A stretch of 64,000 nt of DNA from a bacterium (GTDB lineage: Bacteria > Bacteroidota > Ignavibacteria > UBA10030), in contig JAZDJN010000056.1 of assembly GCA_043803945.1 (NCBI GenBank), positions 1-64,000 of the forward strand. Reading direction: 5' to 3'. This document shows positions 18,576 to 28,708 of this stretch, piece by piece. Numbering within the stretch: the stretch's first letter is position 1; each line of letters opens with the position of its first letter. A program made the position numbers and the translations under genes. The notes below the pieces were generated by a model, which was not told the DNA's origin, made no database searches, and saw only the letters and a list, made by a program, of their open reading frames with translations.

Positions 18576-19532
18576 TTACTTTAGGATCGTCATCTTCTTC
18601 AAGAGTGTATGCCCATCAGATGTGAGCCGATAGAGATACATTCCGGAGCTGATCTTCGAAGCATCGAAGGAGACCGTGTACGTACCAGCCGATTTCGACT
18701 CGTTGACTAGCGTGGAGACAGTTCTGCCGAGCATATCGATAACTTCGAGCGTTACGTACGATTCCTTTGGGATGCTATAGACAATATTTGTTGCCGGATT
18801 AAATGGATTCGGAAAGTTCTGGTGCAATTGCATATCCTGTGGAATGATACCATGGATGTCATCGTCGACCGCCGTGGTGACCTTTGTCGTCCCTTTAATC
18901 TCTGCTAATTGCGTATAGAGGTATTTGGAATTAGAAGTTGCTCCCGTGTACCAAGGATAGATCCGAAAATAGAACGACTGTCCTGGGTTAATTGTCTTCC
19001 CGATTGCAAAAGCAACGCGCTGGGAAATCGTGACGCTGCCGGAATTATTGAGATAAATTGCGGTATCCCCTGGATTGAGTTTAGTTTTAGTCGTAAACGC
19101 AGGATCAATAGAATAGTAGATATTGACTCTTATCCCACTCGTGCCACCGCCGAGGATCCATGCAGAAGCGGAGTCTACGGTGAAGGAATTACCGGATTTG
19201 GGAGCCGCGACAAATTGAACATAGCGTGTGGAGACTTCCACACTCTCAGGTCCCCACATCGAACCGGTCGTACCGCCATCGGCAGAGGGCCACCATCGCA
19301 TATGCGATGTCCCTAAAGGGCCGTTCGGTGTACCGCTATAACTACGGATGTAGAGATTGGTACCTGTCAATCGCTCACCCGTCACATTCCCTACAATCGT
19401 CGATGGATTGGTGCTATCGGGGACAATCAGTTTCCACAACACCGATGCCGCTGTTTGACTATAGACCGTCGAGGATGAGAGGCCGATAAGAATAATGAGT
19501 GCAAGAAGAAAAATTGATATTCGTGTCTTCAT
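18576..19532 (-). CDS. Secreted protein with T9SS type A sorting domain; about 200-aa beta-rich domain of unknown function
   Basis: Signal peptide; LHQNFPNPFNPAT...SGMYLYRL...KKMTILK. Confidence 0.88.
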   Translation of the reverse strand: MKTRISIFLLALIILIGLSSSTVYSQTAASVLWKLIVPDSTNPSTIVGNVTGERLTGTNLYIRSYSGTPNGPLGTSHMRWWPSADGGTTGSMWGPESVEVSTRYVQFVAAPKSGNSFTVDSASAWILGGGTSGIRVNIYYSIDPAFTTKTKLNPGDTAIYLNNSGSVTISQRVAFAIGKTINPGQSFYFRIYPWYTGATSNSKYLYTQLAEIKGTTKVTTAVDDDIHGIIPQDMQLHQNFPNPFNPATNIVYSIPKESYVTLEVIDMLGRTVSTLVNESKSAGTYTVSFDASKISSGMYLYRLTSDGHTLLKKMTILK

Positions 19533-19656
19533 GGCGTTCTCCTTTCATGTTAGATGAGAGTGCAATAAGAGTTATTAATACAGTGAATGGATAAAGTGAA
19601 TTACATTCATCATTTTTAGAATGGTGCTGCGGCTGGGAATATCTGCCATCATTCTG

Positions 19657-20577
19657 CTACTGGAGTTTTATTAAAAATCCCATTTCTACCAGCCATTGCT
19701 CGCATAATATAATCCAGAGTTCCGTTGATCCTGGATTATTCCGCAGCGCGATGCTGTGGCCGCCCTGAGGAAAAATATGAAGGCTTGCCAGTACATGCTG
19801 ATCCTGCAACGCCTGATAGAACAAGATACTATTCTGCGGATGCACTGATTGATCATTATAAGCATGAACGAGAAAGCTTGGGGGCGTTTCGGGAGAGACC
19901 TGCAATTCATTCGAATATTTCTTAATCAACTCATTCGAAGGATTCTCTCCCAAGAGATTTCTCCGACTGCCTGCATGCGCGTAATTTCCCATACTGATCA
20001 CCGGAGAGATTAACAGCATAAAATCAGGACGGAATGAGATGCGCTCTAAGGAATCTCCAATCGCCGATACGTCATTGCGATGAGTTCCCAGCGTCGCAGC
20101 CAGGTGCCCACCAGCGGACGTGCCGAGGACACCGATCTTCTCCGGTTTGATTCGCCACTCTGCCGCATGTGCTCGTATCAAACGTATTGCCCGTTGTGCA
20201 TCCTGCAATGGGGCGAGTTCACGCTGCTTCAGGTCCGGCGAATTCGGAAGACGGTACTTCAATACAAACGCCGCAACTCCCATGGTGTTAAACCACTTCG
20301 CTAGTTGATGGCCGCTTATAAGATAGGCTAGCCGTTCATAGCCGCCGCCCGGACAGATTAATACTGCAACTCCTTTGTTTTCCTGAACGGAAGGAAAGAA
20401 TACATCCACTCCAGGCGTTCCGACTCTGAAGATTCTCTCATTTGAGATACTGTCCTTCATCAGCACCCCTTTTGAATTGGGCATGGCCTTGTCGGGCCAT
20501 AGAGGGATAAACTCCTGTGCTTCTCCATGAACCATCAAGAAGAGAAAGAGAATAAAAAATATTCCGATCCATTTCAT
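19657..20577 (-). CDS. Alpha/beta hydrolase, pectin acetylesterase (PaeX)/BD-FAE-like
   Basis: CPGGGY, YRLP, GTSAGGHLA, D..V, GGHS; signal peptide. Confidence 0.85.
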   Translation of the reverse strand: MKWIGIFFILFLFLMVHGEAQEFIPLWPDKAMPNSKGVLMKDSISNERIFRVGTPGVDVFFPSVQENKGVAVLICPGGGYERLAYLISGHQLAKWFNTMGVAAFVLKYRLPNSPDLKQRELAPLQDAQRAIRLIRAHAAEWRIKPEKIGVLGTSAGGHLAATLGTHRNDVSAIGDSLERISFRPDFMLLISPVISMGNYAHAGSRRNLLGENPSNELIKKYSNELQVSPETPPSFLVHAYNDQSVHPQNSILFYQALQDQHVLASLHIFPQGGHSIALRNNPGSTELWIILCEQWLVEMGFLIKLQ

Positions 20578-20588
20578 AGGCGTTGTTG

Positions 20589-21734
20589 TCACTGTGTGGC
20601 AGAAACCTTTATGATAAGCGGCTTCTGCACCTTTTGTGAAAAGCTGGTAAGATACTGTTCCCAATCCTTGGCATTTTTGAAATCACCGCTCCGTGTCCAC
20701 CCTGCTCCTGAATAATACACCACCGGCTTCCCCAGCGTTGCCCTGCCGATTAGCAAGACATGAACCGTATCTTCCATCGAAGAGCGCATCGATGGTTTTG
20801 GCATCAATACGGCCGTGCCGAGCGATCCGTTTTCTTCCTTATCGTTTGTCGGGCCCCACAGGCTTACCCAGCGTTCAGAGTTATTGATGCGAGACTGTGT
20901 CTTGAGCCGTTTCACTACGCCGGCAGCAAATTCAAGAGATCTTTTTTTCCCTTCTGCCGTAAAGAGCACCTCAATGGTATTCAGATTACTTCCGGCATCG
21001 AGAGAAATGCGCTCGACTTCACTGACCTTCATTCCCTTATACTCAACGGGGGCATAGTTAAGTTCAAAGATTGCTTTGAGCGGACCTGTTGTGATTATCT
21101 TATAGGATGAAAACACTCCCGGCTGAATAAGTTTGCCGTTCTCCCAAAGAGCACAACTCCCTGCTCCAAGCGTTTTCCCTACGGAAAAGAAATCGGCTCC
21201 CTCTCCCCAGTCGGTATGATACGATTTCACCGAATCATTCTTATACCATTTTTCTACTATAAGGTAACGAACACGTTTTGTCCAGACGTCGATACCGCTT
21301 TTCACATCCTTCGCAAGGGCAGGGCCGTAGGCGCGAAATGCGATACGATCATTCTCCCAGGCAACGTCTTCTCGGGGTAACACAAATCTCACATCGGTCA
21401 GTGATTGGATGGTTGGTTTCGGCGATTGCCTCTCAGACACAAGAAACTCTTTTTTTTGCCGCGATTTGAAGTCCGACTGGAAAACCAGCTCCTGACGATC
21501 GGGAATAAATTGGCAGAGCACTATTTTGCCCGATTCTGCTTCTCGAATTTCAACCGTTTCCGGCTTCAACGATGGCAACGCTGTTGAGATCTGTTTCCAT
21601 GGAATGACAACAATCTCGCCCGACCGGTCGATTGCCAACGGATTGACAACCTTGAAACGAAGTTCCTTTTGTCCGGCTATGAGAACTGCACTAAAGAGAA
21701 GAAGAACAAGAATCAAACGACGAAGAATAGACAT
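20589..21734 (-). CDS. DUF4861-like pectin-locus protein
   Basis: DVAWENDRIAFRAYGP, SGIDVWTK, YHTDWGEGADFFSVGKTLGAG, YYSGAGW. Confidence 0.8.
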   Translation of the reverse strand: MSILRRLILVLLLFSAVLIAGQKELRFKVVNPLAIDRSGEIVVIPWKQISTALPSLKPETVEIREAESGKIVLCQFIPDRQELVFQSDFKSRQKKEFLVSERQSPKPTIQSLTDVRFVLPREDVAWENDRIAFRAYGPALAKDVKSGIDVWTKRVRYLIVEKWYKNDSVKSYHTDWGEGADFFSVGKTLGAGSCALWENGKLIQPGVFSSYKIITTGPLKAIFELNYAPVEYKGMKVSEVERISLDAGSNLNTIEVLFTAEGKKRSLEFAAGVVKRLKTQSRINNSERWVSLWGPTNDKEENGSLGTAVLMPKPSMRSSMEDTVHVLLIGRATLGKPVVYYSGAGWTRSGDFKNAKDWEQYLTSFSQKVQKPLIIKVSATQ

Positions 21735-21833
21735 GAATCCTCCAGGACTTGTAAAACACAATGGATGTTCGCACCTACTGAATGAATATAACTATAGCCA
21801 CAGAGATCATCAGAACACAGAGAAAGAATATTC

Positions 21834-22667
21834 CTACCGTAATATTTCCATCGGCACCCAATCCATATCATCGAAGACCTGATTCTCACCGCCCATAGCC
21901 CAGATGAATGTATAAGCCTGTGTGGCAACACCGGAGTGAATCGACCAGCTTGTTGAAAGAACCGCCTGCTGATTTTTAACAACGATGTGACGGGTTTCAG
22001 ACGGCTCACCAAGCAGATGGAAGACGAGGGCGTTCTCAGGCAATCCGAAATACATATAAATCTCCGAGCGCCGTTGGTGAGTATGAACCGGCATCGTATT
22101 CCAGACACTTCCCTCGTTGAGCATAGTCAGTCCCATCACCAGTTGACAACTTGGTATCCCTTTGGGATGGATATACTTATAGATCGTCCGTTGGTTGGCA
22201 TCTTTCACGCTGCCGAAATTGGTTGGCTCCGCGTCGGAAAACTTCGCATGCGTCGCCGGGTACTCCTTATGTGCCGGGTAACTGACAAAATAGAATTTCG
22301 CCGGTGTTGCCATGTCGGTGCTCTTAAAGACAATCTTTTTCGATCCCTTGCCGATATACAGGGCATCCTTATGAGCCATGGCATATTCGGTTCCTTCGAC
22401 GATGATGGATCCCTGTTCTCCAATATTAATGACACCGATTTCACGCCGCTGTGTAAAATACTCCGCTGCCATCTCCTTGGTAATGGCAAGCAGTTCCAAA
22501 CTCTGCGTTACCGGCACCGCCGATCCGGTAATGGATCGATCTACATCGGCGTAGACCAGGGGAATTGTATCCGGCTGGAAGAGCGTATCGATAAGGAACA
22601 TCGCTCTTACCTCTTCTGTCGTCATTCGCTTGAAATGCTGCGCATCGGTCGTGTACCGTACTTCCAT
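21834..22667 (-). CDS. kduI: 5-dehydro-4-deoxy-D-glucuronate isomerase
   Basis: RREIGVINIG, CQLVMGLT, WNTMPVHTHQRRSEIY, WSIHSG, WAMGGENQ. Confidence 0.97.
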   Translation of the reverse strand: MEVRYTTDAQHFKRMTTEEVRAMFLIDTLFQPDTIPLVYADVDRSITGSAVPVTQSLELLAITKEMAAEYFTQRREIGVINIGEQGSIIVEGTEYAMAHKDALYIGKGSKKIVFKSTDMATPAKFYFVSYPAHKEYPATHAKFSDAEPTNFGSVKDANQRTIYKYIHPKGIPSCQLVMGLTMLNEGSVWNTMPVHTHQRRSEIYMYFGLPENALVFHLLGEPSETRHIVVKNQQAVLSTSWSIHSGVATQAYTFIWAMGGENQVFDDMDWVPMEILR

Positions 22668-22707
22668 TCTTACCTCCTAATGATTTACCATATGATCAAC
22701 AATGTGA

Positions 22708-22786
22708 GTAAAATTAAAAAATGCAAAATGAAATAATACGATACCTCATTTTATAATTTTGCATTTTACATTTTTCATTTTGCATT
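22708..22786. repeat. Inverted heptamer-repeat element
   Basis: GTAAAAT TAAAAAAT GCAAAAT GAAAT ... ATTTTGC ATTTTAC ATTTTTC ATTTTGC ATT. Confidence 0.75.
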
Positions 22787-22791
22787 GATGC

Positions 22792-23544
22792 TTATCTCGC
22801 CATCCAGCCGCCGTCAACCACCAACACATGGCCGCTGATATAATCGGAGGCTGCGGAAGCCAGAAAGACAGCGGTTCCGCCGAGATCCTGCGGTGTTCCC
22901 CAGCGGCCTGCCGGAATACGGTCGAGGATTGCCTTCGAACGAACAGGATCTTCACGCAGCGCCTTTGTGTTATTTGTTGCCATATACCCGGGTGCAATGG
23001 CATTGACATTAATACCGGAGTGTGACCATTCATTGGCCAGCGCTTTTGTGATTTGCGCGACAGCACCTTTGCTTGCTGTATAAGCAGGAACAATAATACC
23101 GCCCTGGAAGGCAAGCAAGGAGGCGATATTGATTATTTTACCATACTGCCTCTTCATCATATCGCGCGCAACAGCCTGACTGAAAAAGAAGACCGTTTTT
23201 GAGTTGACCGCCATGACTGCATCCCAGTCCTGTTCAGAATAGTCGATGGCAGGTGTACGGCGGATTATTCCGGCGTTATTGATAAGGATATCAACTTTGC
23301 CGAATGTTGTGACTGTTTTTCCCACAATCTCTTCAATCGGTTCAATTGTGGATAGATCGGCGGACAGTGTCAACACTTGCCGCCCCAGCGCTTTGATGGA
23401 CTCGGCTGTGTCTGTCGCTTCCTGGAGATCGACGAGAACGATATTCGCTCCAGCTTGCGCCAGAGAGAGTGCCATCCCCTGGCCAAGACCTGTTCCGCCG
23501 CCTGTGACGATTGCTACTTTTCCAGTTAAATCGAATGGGTTCAT
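22792..23544 (-). CDS. kduD: 2-dehydro-3-deoxy-D-gluconate 5-dehydrogenase
   Basis: SDR motifs TGGGTGLG, NNAGIIRR, YTASK, NAIAPGYMATNNT, VDGGWMAR; next to kduI. Confidence 0.95.
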   Translation of the reverse strand: MNPFDLTGKVAIVTGGGTGLGQGMALSLAQAGANIVLVDLQEATDTAESIKALGRQVLTLSADLSTIEPIEEIVGKTVTTFGKVDILINNAGIIRRTPAIDYSEQDWDAVMAVNSKTVFFFSQAVARDMMKRQYGKIINIASLLAFQGGIIVPAYTASKGAVAQITKALANEWSHSGINVNAIAPGYMATNNTKALREDPVRSKAILDRIPAGRWGTPQDLGGTAVFLASAASDYISGHVLVVDGGWMAR

Positions 23545-23576
23545 ATTCAATTCATCCCATCAAGTTAATTTATAAC

Positions 23577-23807
23577 TAACCGTTCGCTACGGACGGTTAC
23601 CGCCGTTGAGCGAACGGTTAAATCGATTAGAATTTGCATCTGATCATTCGCTTCAAATGAATATCGTGGCGAAGCGAACAGTTAGGTCGAATCAAGCAGA
23701 TGACCGGCCCTTGCTGATGGATTAACCATGGTCAGCTGACGGTTATCTCGAGATGCATCGAACCGTTCGCTCTCTATCAGATTTCAGCGAGTAGCGAACG
23801 GTTCGAT
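23577..23807. repeat. Tandem array of four 44-45-nt hairpin units, about 60-nt period
   Basis: Units start at 23577, 23641, 23701 and 23760, with arms AACCGTTCGCT...AGCGAACGGTT (units 2 and 3 degenerate) around variable cores. Confidence 0.8.
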
Positions 23808-23817
23808 CTGAATGTCC

Positions 23818-25521
23818 TTATTTAATTAACATCATCTTCTTTGAAACAGTCTGCTCCGCAGTTGAGAGCTTATAAATATAGAATCCGGAAGTCAGACCCG
23901 ATCCATCGAAGCTCACAGCATACTCGCCGGGTTTCTGTGATTCATTAACAAGTGTTGCCACCTGACGTCCAAGTAAATCAAAGACTTCAAGTTTCACTTG
24001 TGAATTTTTCATGATGGAGTACGCAATCCTCGTTGAAGGATTGAAGGGATTTGGGAAATTCTGCTCGAGAGCAAATGATGTTGGTACTGTGTTTACTTGT
24101 TCGACAGCGGATGGGGGATTTGCTAACCAAGCTGCCAATTTCGTTGGGAACCAGTTCAAATCGCCAACCGGATACGCACCGGTACCGGCCGTATAGACCG
24201 CCGCGGCGGTTGGATAGGCACAATTTAAACTGTCACGCAGCCATGCATAGCCTTTCCGATCGAAATCATTCGGATCTGTCGCTGTACCATAAGTCCATGC
24301 ACCTGGAGTATTCTTGGATTTCTTTCCACCACTTGGATCGCGGTACCAGCGCATGAGTTGCGCCATGAGCTTTGGGATCTTATTGAGCTGGAGTGATACT
24401 TTCGTAAAGGCTTTGGCTGAATCTGCACCCAACCTGCCATTGAGATGCCACGTTAATGGTGAGCCCTCACCTTTTACTCCGGCCGATGCAAACTGATTAT
24501 AAAATGCTTGTCCGGAATCAGAGATGGCATAGTAATTATTGGAAATTATCCAGCTTGTTGTCGTATTCGGGTAAGTGAAGATCCAGGTCATTCGTGATCG
24601 TCCCACTGCATCTTTTTCACCACTCGGAATGAACTCAGCCTGCCGTATGCTATCGACATCTTCGCCCAGACCGAATGGATCGATAAAGAGGTTATTGGTA
24701 ATATACGTTTTCCACCCTACTGTTCCCAGAGAGAGAATACCATGGTATGACATCCCATTGACCAGCGTATTATGATCGAATACAAAATATTCGAGAGGCT
24801 TGGTGCTGGTTGCACTGCCGGCAGGATAATGGCGAACAATACGATCCAGCCAGTTGACAAATGTGTTGTTTGTCATGATGAGAGAGTCACATGACACATC
24901 CCTGAGGTCAATAGCTTTTCCTGCTCCGAGGTTTGATCGGCCCAGATATCCCATATTGGCAAAGACTGAATTCGTGATCTTGATGGCCTTCGAAGCACCA
25001 TCTGTACGAATATGGTTTCCATTCGAATTGGAAAGTATGCAACTATCAATAGTGATGCTTAATCCACTTTGGGTTGAAGGAATATTGATCAGGGCACCTT
25101 GCATATTCCATCGATTTGAATCGACGAGTTCATAATACCCTGAGACCTGCAGGTTTTTCATTATCAGGCTTCCATTTAACTGGAACAGGTTACCCGGAGG
25201 ATTCCATGGCGTTGTTCCTGCACCGGTCGGGAACAGCATAATGACCGGCTTTTTCGTTGTTGAGCTATCGTTCGCCTTCAACCTCAGTGTCCAATTTCCC
25301 GTATTGGTGAACACGGCATTCGATAGATAGAGCCCTCCCCGCTGTAATACATACACGCGGTTTGCTAATTTTCCGTTTGCTGCTGTATCTGCCGCAATCT
25401 GTTGGTTCAGATATTGATTGCTGACGGTGTAAGGTGCTAGTCGCAATTCTTGCCCGAACAACATCACAGGAAGCAGAAGGAACAAGAAAAGGATCACAAA
25501 GGTGTAGTGCTGTCTGTTCAT
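23818..25521 (-). CDS. T9SS type A cargo protein with probable parallel beta-helix, partner of the upstream TBDT
   Basis: Signal peptide; Asn-ladder repeats (ITNSVFAN, MTNNTFVN, FDHNTLVN, ITNNLFID); LEQNFPNPFNPST...KKMMLIK. Confidence 0.85.
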   Translation of the reverse strand: MNRQHYTFVILFLFLLLPVMLFGQELRLAPYTVSNQYLNQQIAADTAANGKLANRVYVLQRGGLYLSNAVFTNTGNWTLRLKANDSSTTKKPVIMLFPTGAGTTPWNPPGNLFQLNGSLIMKNLQVSGYYELVDSNRWNMQGALINIPSTQSGLSITIDSCILSNSNGNHIRTDGASKAIKITNSVFANMGYLGRSNLGAGKAIDLRDVSCDSLIMTNNTFVNWLDRIVRHYPAGSATSTKPLEYFVFDHNTLVNGMSYHGILSLGTVGWKTYITNNLFIDPFGLGEDVDSIRQAEFIPSGEKDAVGRSRMTWIFTYPNTTTSWIISNNYYAISDSGQAFYNQFASAGVKGEGSPLTWHLNGRLGADSAKAFTKVSLQLNKIPKLMAQLMRWYRDPSGGKKSKNTPGAWTYGTATDPNDFDRKGYAWLRDSLNCAYPTAAAVYTAGTGAYPVGDLNWFPTKLAAWLANPPSAVEQVNTVPTSFALEQNFPNPFNPSTRIAYSIMKNSQVKLEVFDLLGRQVATLVNESQKPGEYAVSFDGSGLTSGFYIYKLSTAEQTVSKKMMLIK

Positions 25522-25642
25522 TGAACAGTCTCCTTATGTTATTGAATGGTACATCCGTTGATTATGGAATCACCTATGCCATTAAATGCGTGTTGCGACA
25601 TATTCGTATTGAGCATTGCGCTTGCCAAAGTTTATTCATGAT

Positions 25643-28600
25643 TTACAGAGTTACCCTCACACCAAAATCCATCGTTAATCCATATTTCTGATTCGTGTTC
25701 AGCCGTGTCCACTCATAGACTCTATTGGTGGTATAGCTGTTTTCCTCGATATCAAACAGATTGCTCACGCTGACCAGAAGGGCAATATTCGGTGTTACGG
25801 AATGTTTCACCGTCAGGTCCCAGCGTGAATAGCTTCCCGTAATACCATCTGTGAGGCCACCCGGTGAGAACCTGCTGTTGAATTCTCCCTGATGGAACAC
25901 AGAGAGTCGTGCTGAGAAATCTCCGATTTCGTAACCAAGTGTAACATTGCCGAAAAATTCCGGTTGTTGTTCAAGCTTTTGTACCCGATCAACGATCCGA
26001 TTCGTATAGGACGGTGTCCTAATTTCACCGAATTCCGATTGTTGAATTGTCCAGGTTGTATCGATCATTGTCGTGACCAAATGTGTTTCAGAACGCACAA
26101 GAGAGAAGTTGTAGGAGAGGACCAGATGCTGGAAGTACCAGGGTAGAAAACTTAAGTTTGCCTGATGTTCAAACTCGAATCCCCATACTTTCGTTGGCGC
26201 GGAAGAATTGTAAGGAACGGTCAATTGGTATCCACCTTTGGTTAATGCCGTGCTCCAGACAATCCCCAGGCTGTCGAGGAATCTACGACCGACTATACCT
26301 GCACCATTTAAAAAGTGATGTGCATCTGTGATATCCTTCAAATAGGCTGAAAGCGAGACAAGTCCCAGCGTGTTGCTATAGACAGAGGCATTCACTTCAT
26401 AATTCCATGCCTTTGCAACTTTCAAATTAGGATTGCCCACAAACAGGTTGTTCACAGTACCGGTTCCCAGCGCATAGAGTTTGATCAATCGTGCATTGTA
26501 ATCGGGCCGGGAAAGAGCACGGTATGCTGCAAGTCGCACCTGGAGATAGTCCGTCGGGCGTATGGCAAGGTGGAAATTAGGAAGCCAGACCGTCTGTGAA
26601 AATGTCGTCGATGTATCCTTCACATCACCGCTCGGTGTCGGGAACCCCCCGAGTGAACCGGTGCCCGGCACAAAGCGTGAGAGATATTCATTCGTTTCCT
26701 GCTCCATACGCACGCCAGCAATGAAGGTAACATCCTGGCCGATGCGTAAGGTGTTCATGATGTAGGCTGCTGTGATACTTTCTGTCACATCGTAGTAATC
26801 GAGCTCTGCGGTCTTATCGACATAGTACTCGATTGACGCCGCTCGTCCATTCTGATTCAACACATACCATTCATGGACGGCATCTTTATTCATTATGGGA
26901 TTGATCAAATACTTATCAAATAGATTGCGCGATACGGGAGCTGAATCGAGGAAATCCAGAAACGAGGGAAGGCGGATCAGGTTGTTGGCAAGGTACTGCT
27001 GATAGAAACTGTTGAACCGAGTACCGCTGAGATTCTTTGGCTGCCATGCAAATCCTCCCAGATAATATGGTGCATACAGTCTGCTTGCTTCCTTAAACCG
27101 TGTAATGTGTTTGTACTTGCCCCCAAGTTTCAACTCTCCGGAAAAGAGATTTCCCAAAACATAACCACCACCACCATCCAGATACACCGTTTTTTCAATC
27201 TCACGGTTTTTTTCATAGGTGGATATACCCGAATCAATACCTGCTACCGCAAAATTGTTGACTGCGAAAGGAATAATCAGTTTGGGATTGCTGCGCAATG
27301 TAAAGTTGAGTGGAATATCCATGCCTGAGGAGACATGGCCCGATGCATCTCTACGTCCAATCGTTTCTGTGAAATCGATGTAATAATCAAAGGGATTATC
27401 TGTAAGCGATTGAGCAAAGGATGCCCCCCAGTTGAATTTCAGACCGAAGAGGTAGTTTTCACCGCGTACCGAGCTATTGACGGTTGTGATTTGCTGTTCC
27501 CTGTCTCTTGCTTCATAGTATACAGGAGTGCTACCAGCGTTGAGTGTGGGGTAATTTCGTTGGAACGTGGTAAAATCCCGTTCGGTCCGATTGTAATTCG
27601 CACTCAGGCGCACCGAACCGCTGTCGGGTGTATCATAATCCAGCATGATCACTGCGCCATCACGCTTCCGGATCTCATCAATGAACTGAAGCCTGAAATT
27701 ACTGATGAAGTATGTCGCGGGAAACATATCGTAGCGATCCTGATACGCTGTTGTTGTCTGTTCATTGCTGCGGATCCGGTTTTCCAGATTACCCAGAACT
27801 TGAAGGCCAAGCTGACCATCAAAGAAGCGTTCACCGTAGCGGAGACTCAGGTCGTATTGCTTCGCTGAATTCATCAACTTATTGTAGTCTCCTTTGATAT
27901 CCGCCTGGACCGATCGATCCATGGGTGCTTTTTTGGTGACCAGATTTACTGTTCCGGCAATAGCATCAGCATCCTTATCGGGAGTTAACGCTTTAAAGAG
28001 TTCAATACCCGCAAGTGAACCCTGGGAGATTGTGCTGAGATCGACTCCGCGTGAATCAGGATCCGTTGGTGGGATTTTCACACCATCAATCGTGATGGTG
28101 GTAAATTTATCGCTCAAGCCGCGAAGGATCACCTTGTTTGCTTCACCGCCGGAGCGCAGAATAGAGACGCCGGGCAGGCGTCCGATTGCTTCAGCGGCAT
28201 TGGCATCGGGCAACTGCTTGATCTTTTCTTCCGAGACAACATTCACAATCGTGTTCGAGCTGATCTGCTGGTTGATGGCAGCCATCTGTCCGCGCAACTG
28301 TGCCGTGATCACCACCTCCTGTTCAAGGATGTTATCCGGCATCAACTCAATGTTAATGACCATCTCTTTGTCGGTTACCGTAATAGGAACGACCTTCGCT
28401 TTGTAGCCGATGTACGAGAAACGCAGCATATAGCTTCCCGCCGGAACTCCCGCGATACGAAACTTGCCTTCAATATCTGTCGATGCTCCGAGAGCAGTCC
28501 CCTGCAAATAGACATTTGCCCCAACCAGCATTTCTTCGCTCAAAGAATCTTTGACAGAACCTCTCAGCGCGGCCTGTCCAACAACAATTGAGGGAATTAT

Positions 28601-28645
28601 CAACAATATAAGAACGAGTATTCCGAAATGATACCATGTCTTCAT
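25643..28645 (-). CDS. TonB-dependent transporter (non-SusC type, 1000 aa)
   Basis: CarboxypepD-like N-domain; plug LPDANAAEAIGRLPGVS and LTPDKDADAIAGTVNL; SRPDY, GNPNL; C-terminal GVRVTL; AAGGAG RBS. Confidence 0.95.
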   Translation of the reverse strand: MKTWYHFGILVLILLIIPSIVVGQAALRGSVKDSLSEEMLVGANVYLQGTALGASTDIEGKFRIAGVPAGSYMLRFSYIGYKAKVVPITVTDKEMVINIELMPDNILEQEVVITAQLRGQMAAINQQISSNTIVNVVSEEKIKQLPDANAAEAIGRLPGVSILRSGGEANKVILRGLSDKFTTITIDGVKIPPTDPDSRGVDLSTISQGSLAGIELFKALTPDKDADAIAGTVNLVTKKAPMDRSVQADIKGDYNKLMNSAKQYDLSLRYGERFFDGQLGLQVLGNLENRIRSNEQTTTAYQDRYDMFPATYFISNFRLQFIDEIRKRDGAVIMLDYDTPDSGSVRLSANYNRTERDFTTFQRNYPTLNAGSTPVYYEARDREQQITTVNSSVRGENYLFGLKFNWGASFAQSLTDNPFDYYIDFTETIGRRDASGHVSSGMDIPLNFTLRSNPKLIIPFAVNNFAVAGIDSGISTYEKNREIEKTVYLDGGGGYVLGNLFSGELKLGGKYKHITRFKEASRLYAPYYLGGFAWQPKNLSGTRFNSFYQQYLANNLIRLPSFLDFLDSAPVSRNLFDKYLINPIMNKDAVHEWYVLNQNGRAASIEYYVDKTAELDYYDVTESITAAYIMNTLRIGQDVTFIAGVRMEQETNEYLSRFVPGTGSLGGFPTPSGDVKDTSTTFSQTVWLPNFHLAIRPTDYLQVRLAAYRALSRPDYNARLIKLYALGTGTVNNLFVGNPNLKVAKAWNYEVNASVYSNTLGLVSLSAYLKDITDAHHFLNGAGIVGRRFLDSLGIVWSTALTKGGYQLTVPYNSSAPTKVWGFEFEHQANLSFLPWYFQHLVLSYNFSLVRSETHLVTTMIDTTWTIQQSEFGEIRTPSYTNRIVDRVQKLEQQPEFFGNVTLGYEIGDFSARLSVFHQGEFNSRFSPGGLTDGITGSYSRWDLTVKHSVTPNIALLVSVSNLFDIEENSYTTNRVYEWTRLNTNQKYGLTMDFGVRVTL

Positions 28646-28708
28646 AATGGTGTACTCCTTAGTTAGAATTGTATAAGAACTCTCCAGTGACATTAGTTAG
28701 TTCATTGA

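Noticed and set aside
21987-22736. 249-aa plus-strand ORF
   Set aside because: Antisense shadow of kduI.
23577-23807. Hairpin array as a mini CRISPR array
   Set aside because: The variable parts lie inside inverted arms rather than between direct repeats, and there is no similarity to the I-C repeat.
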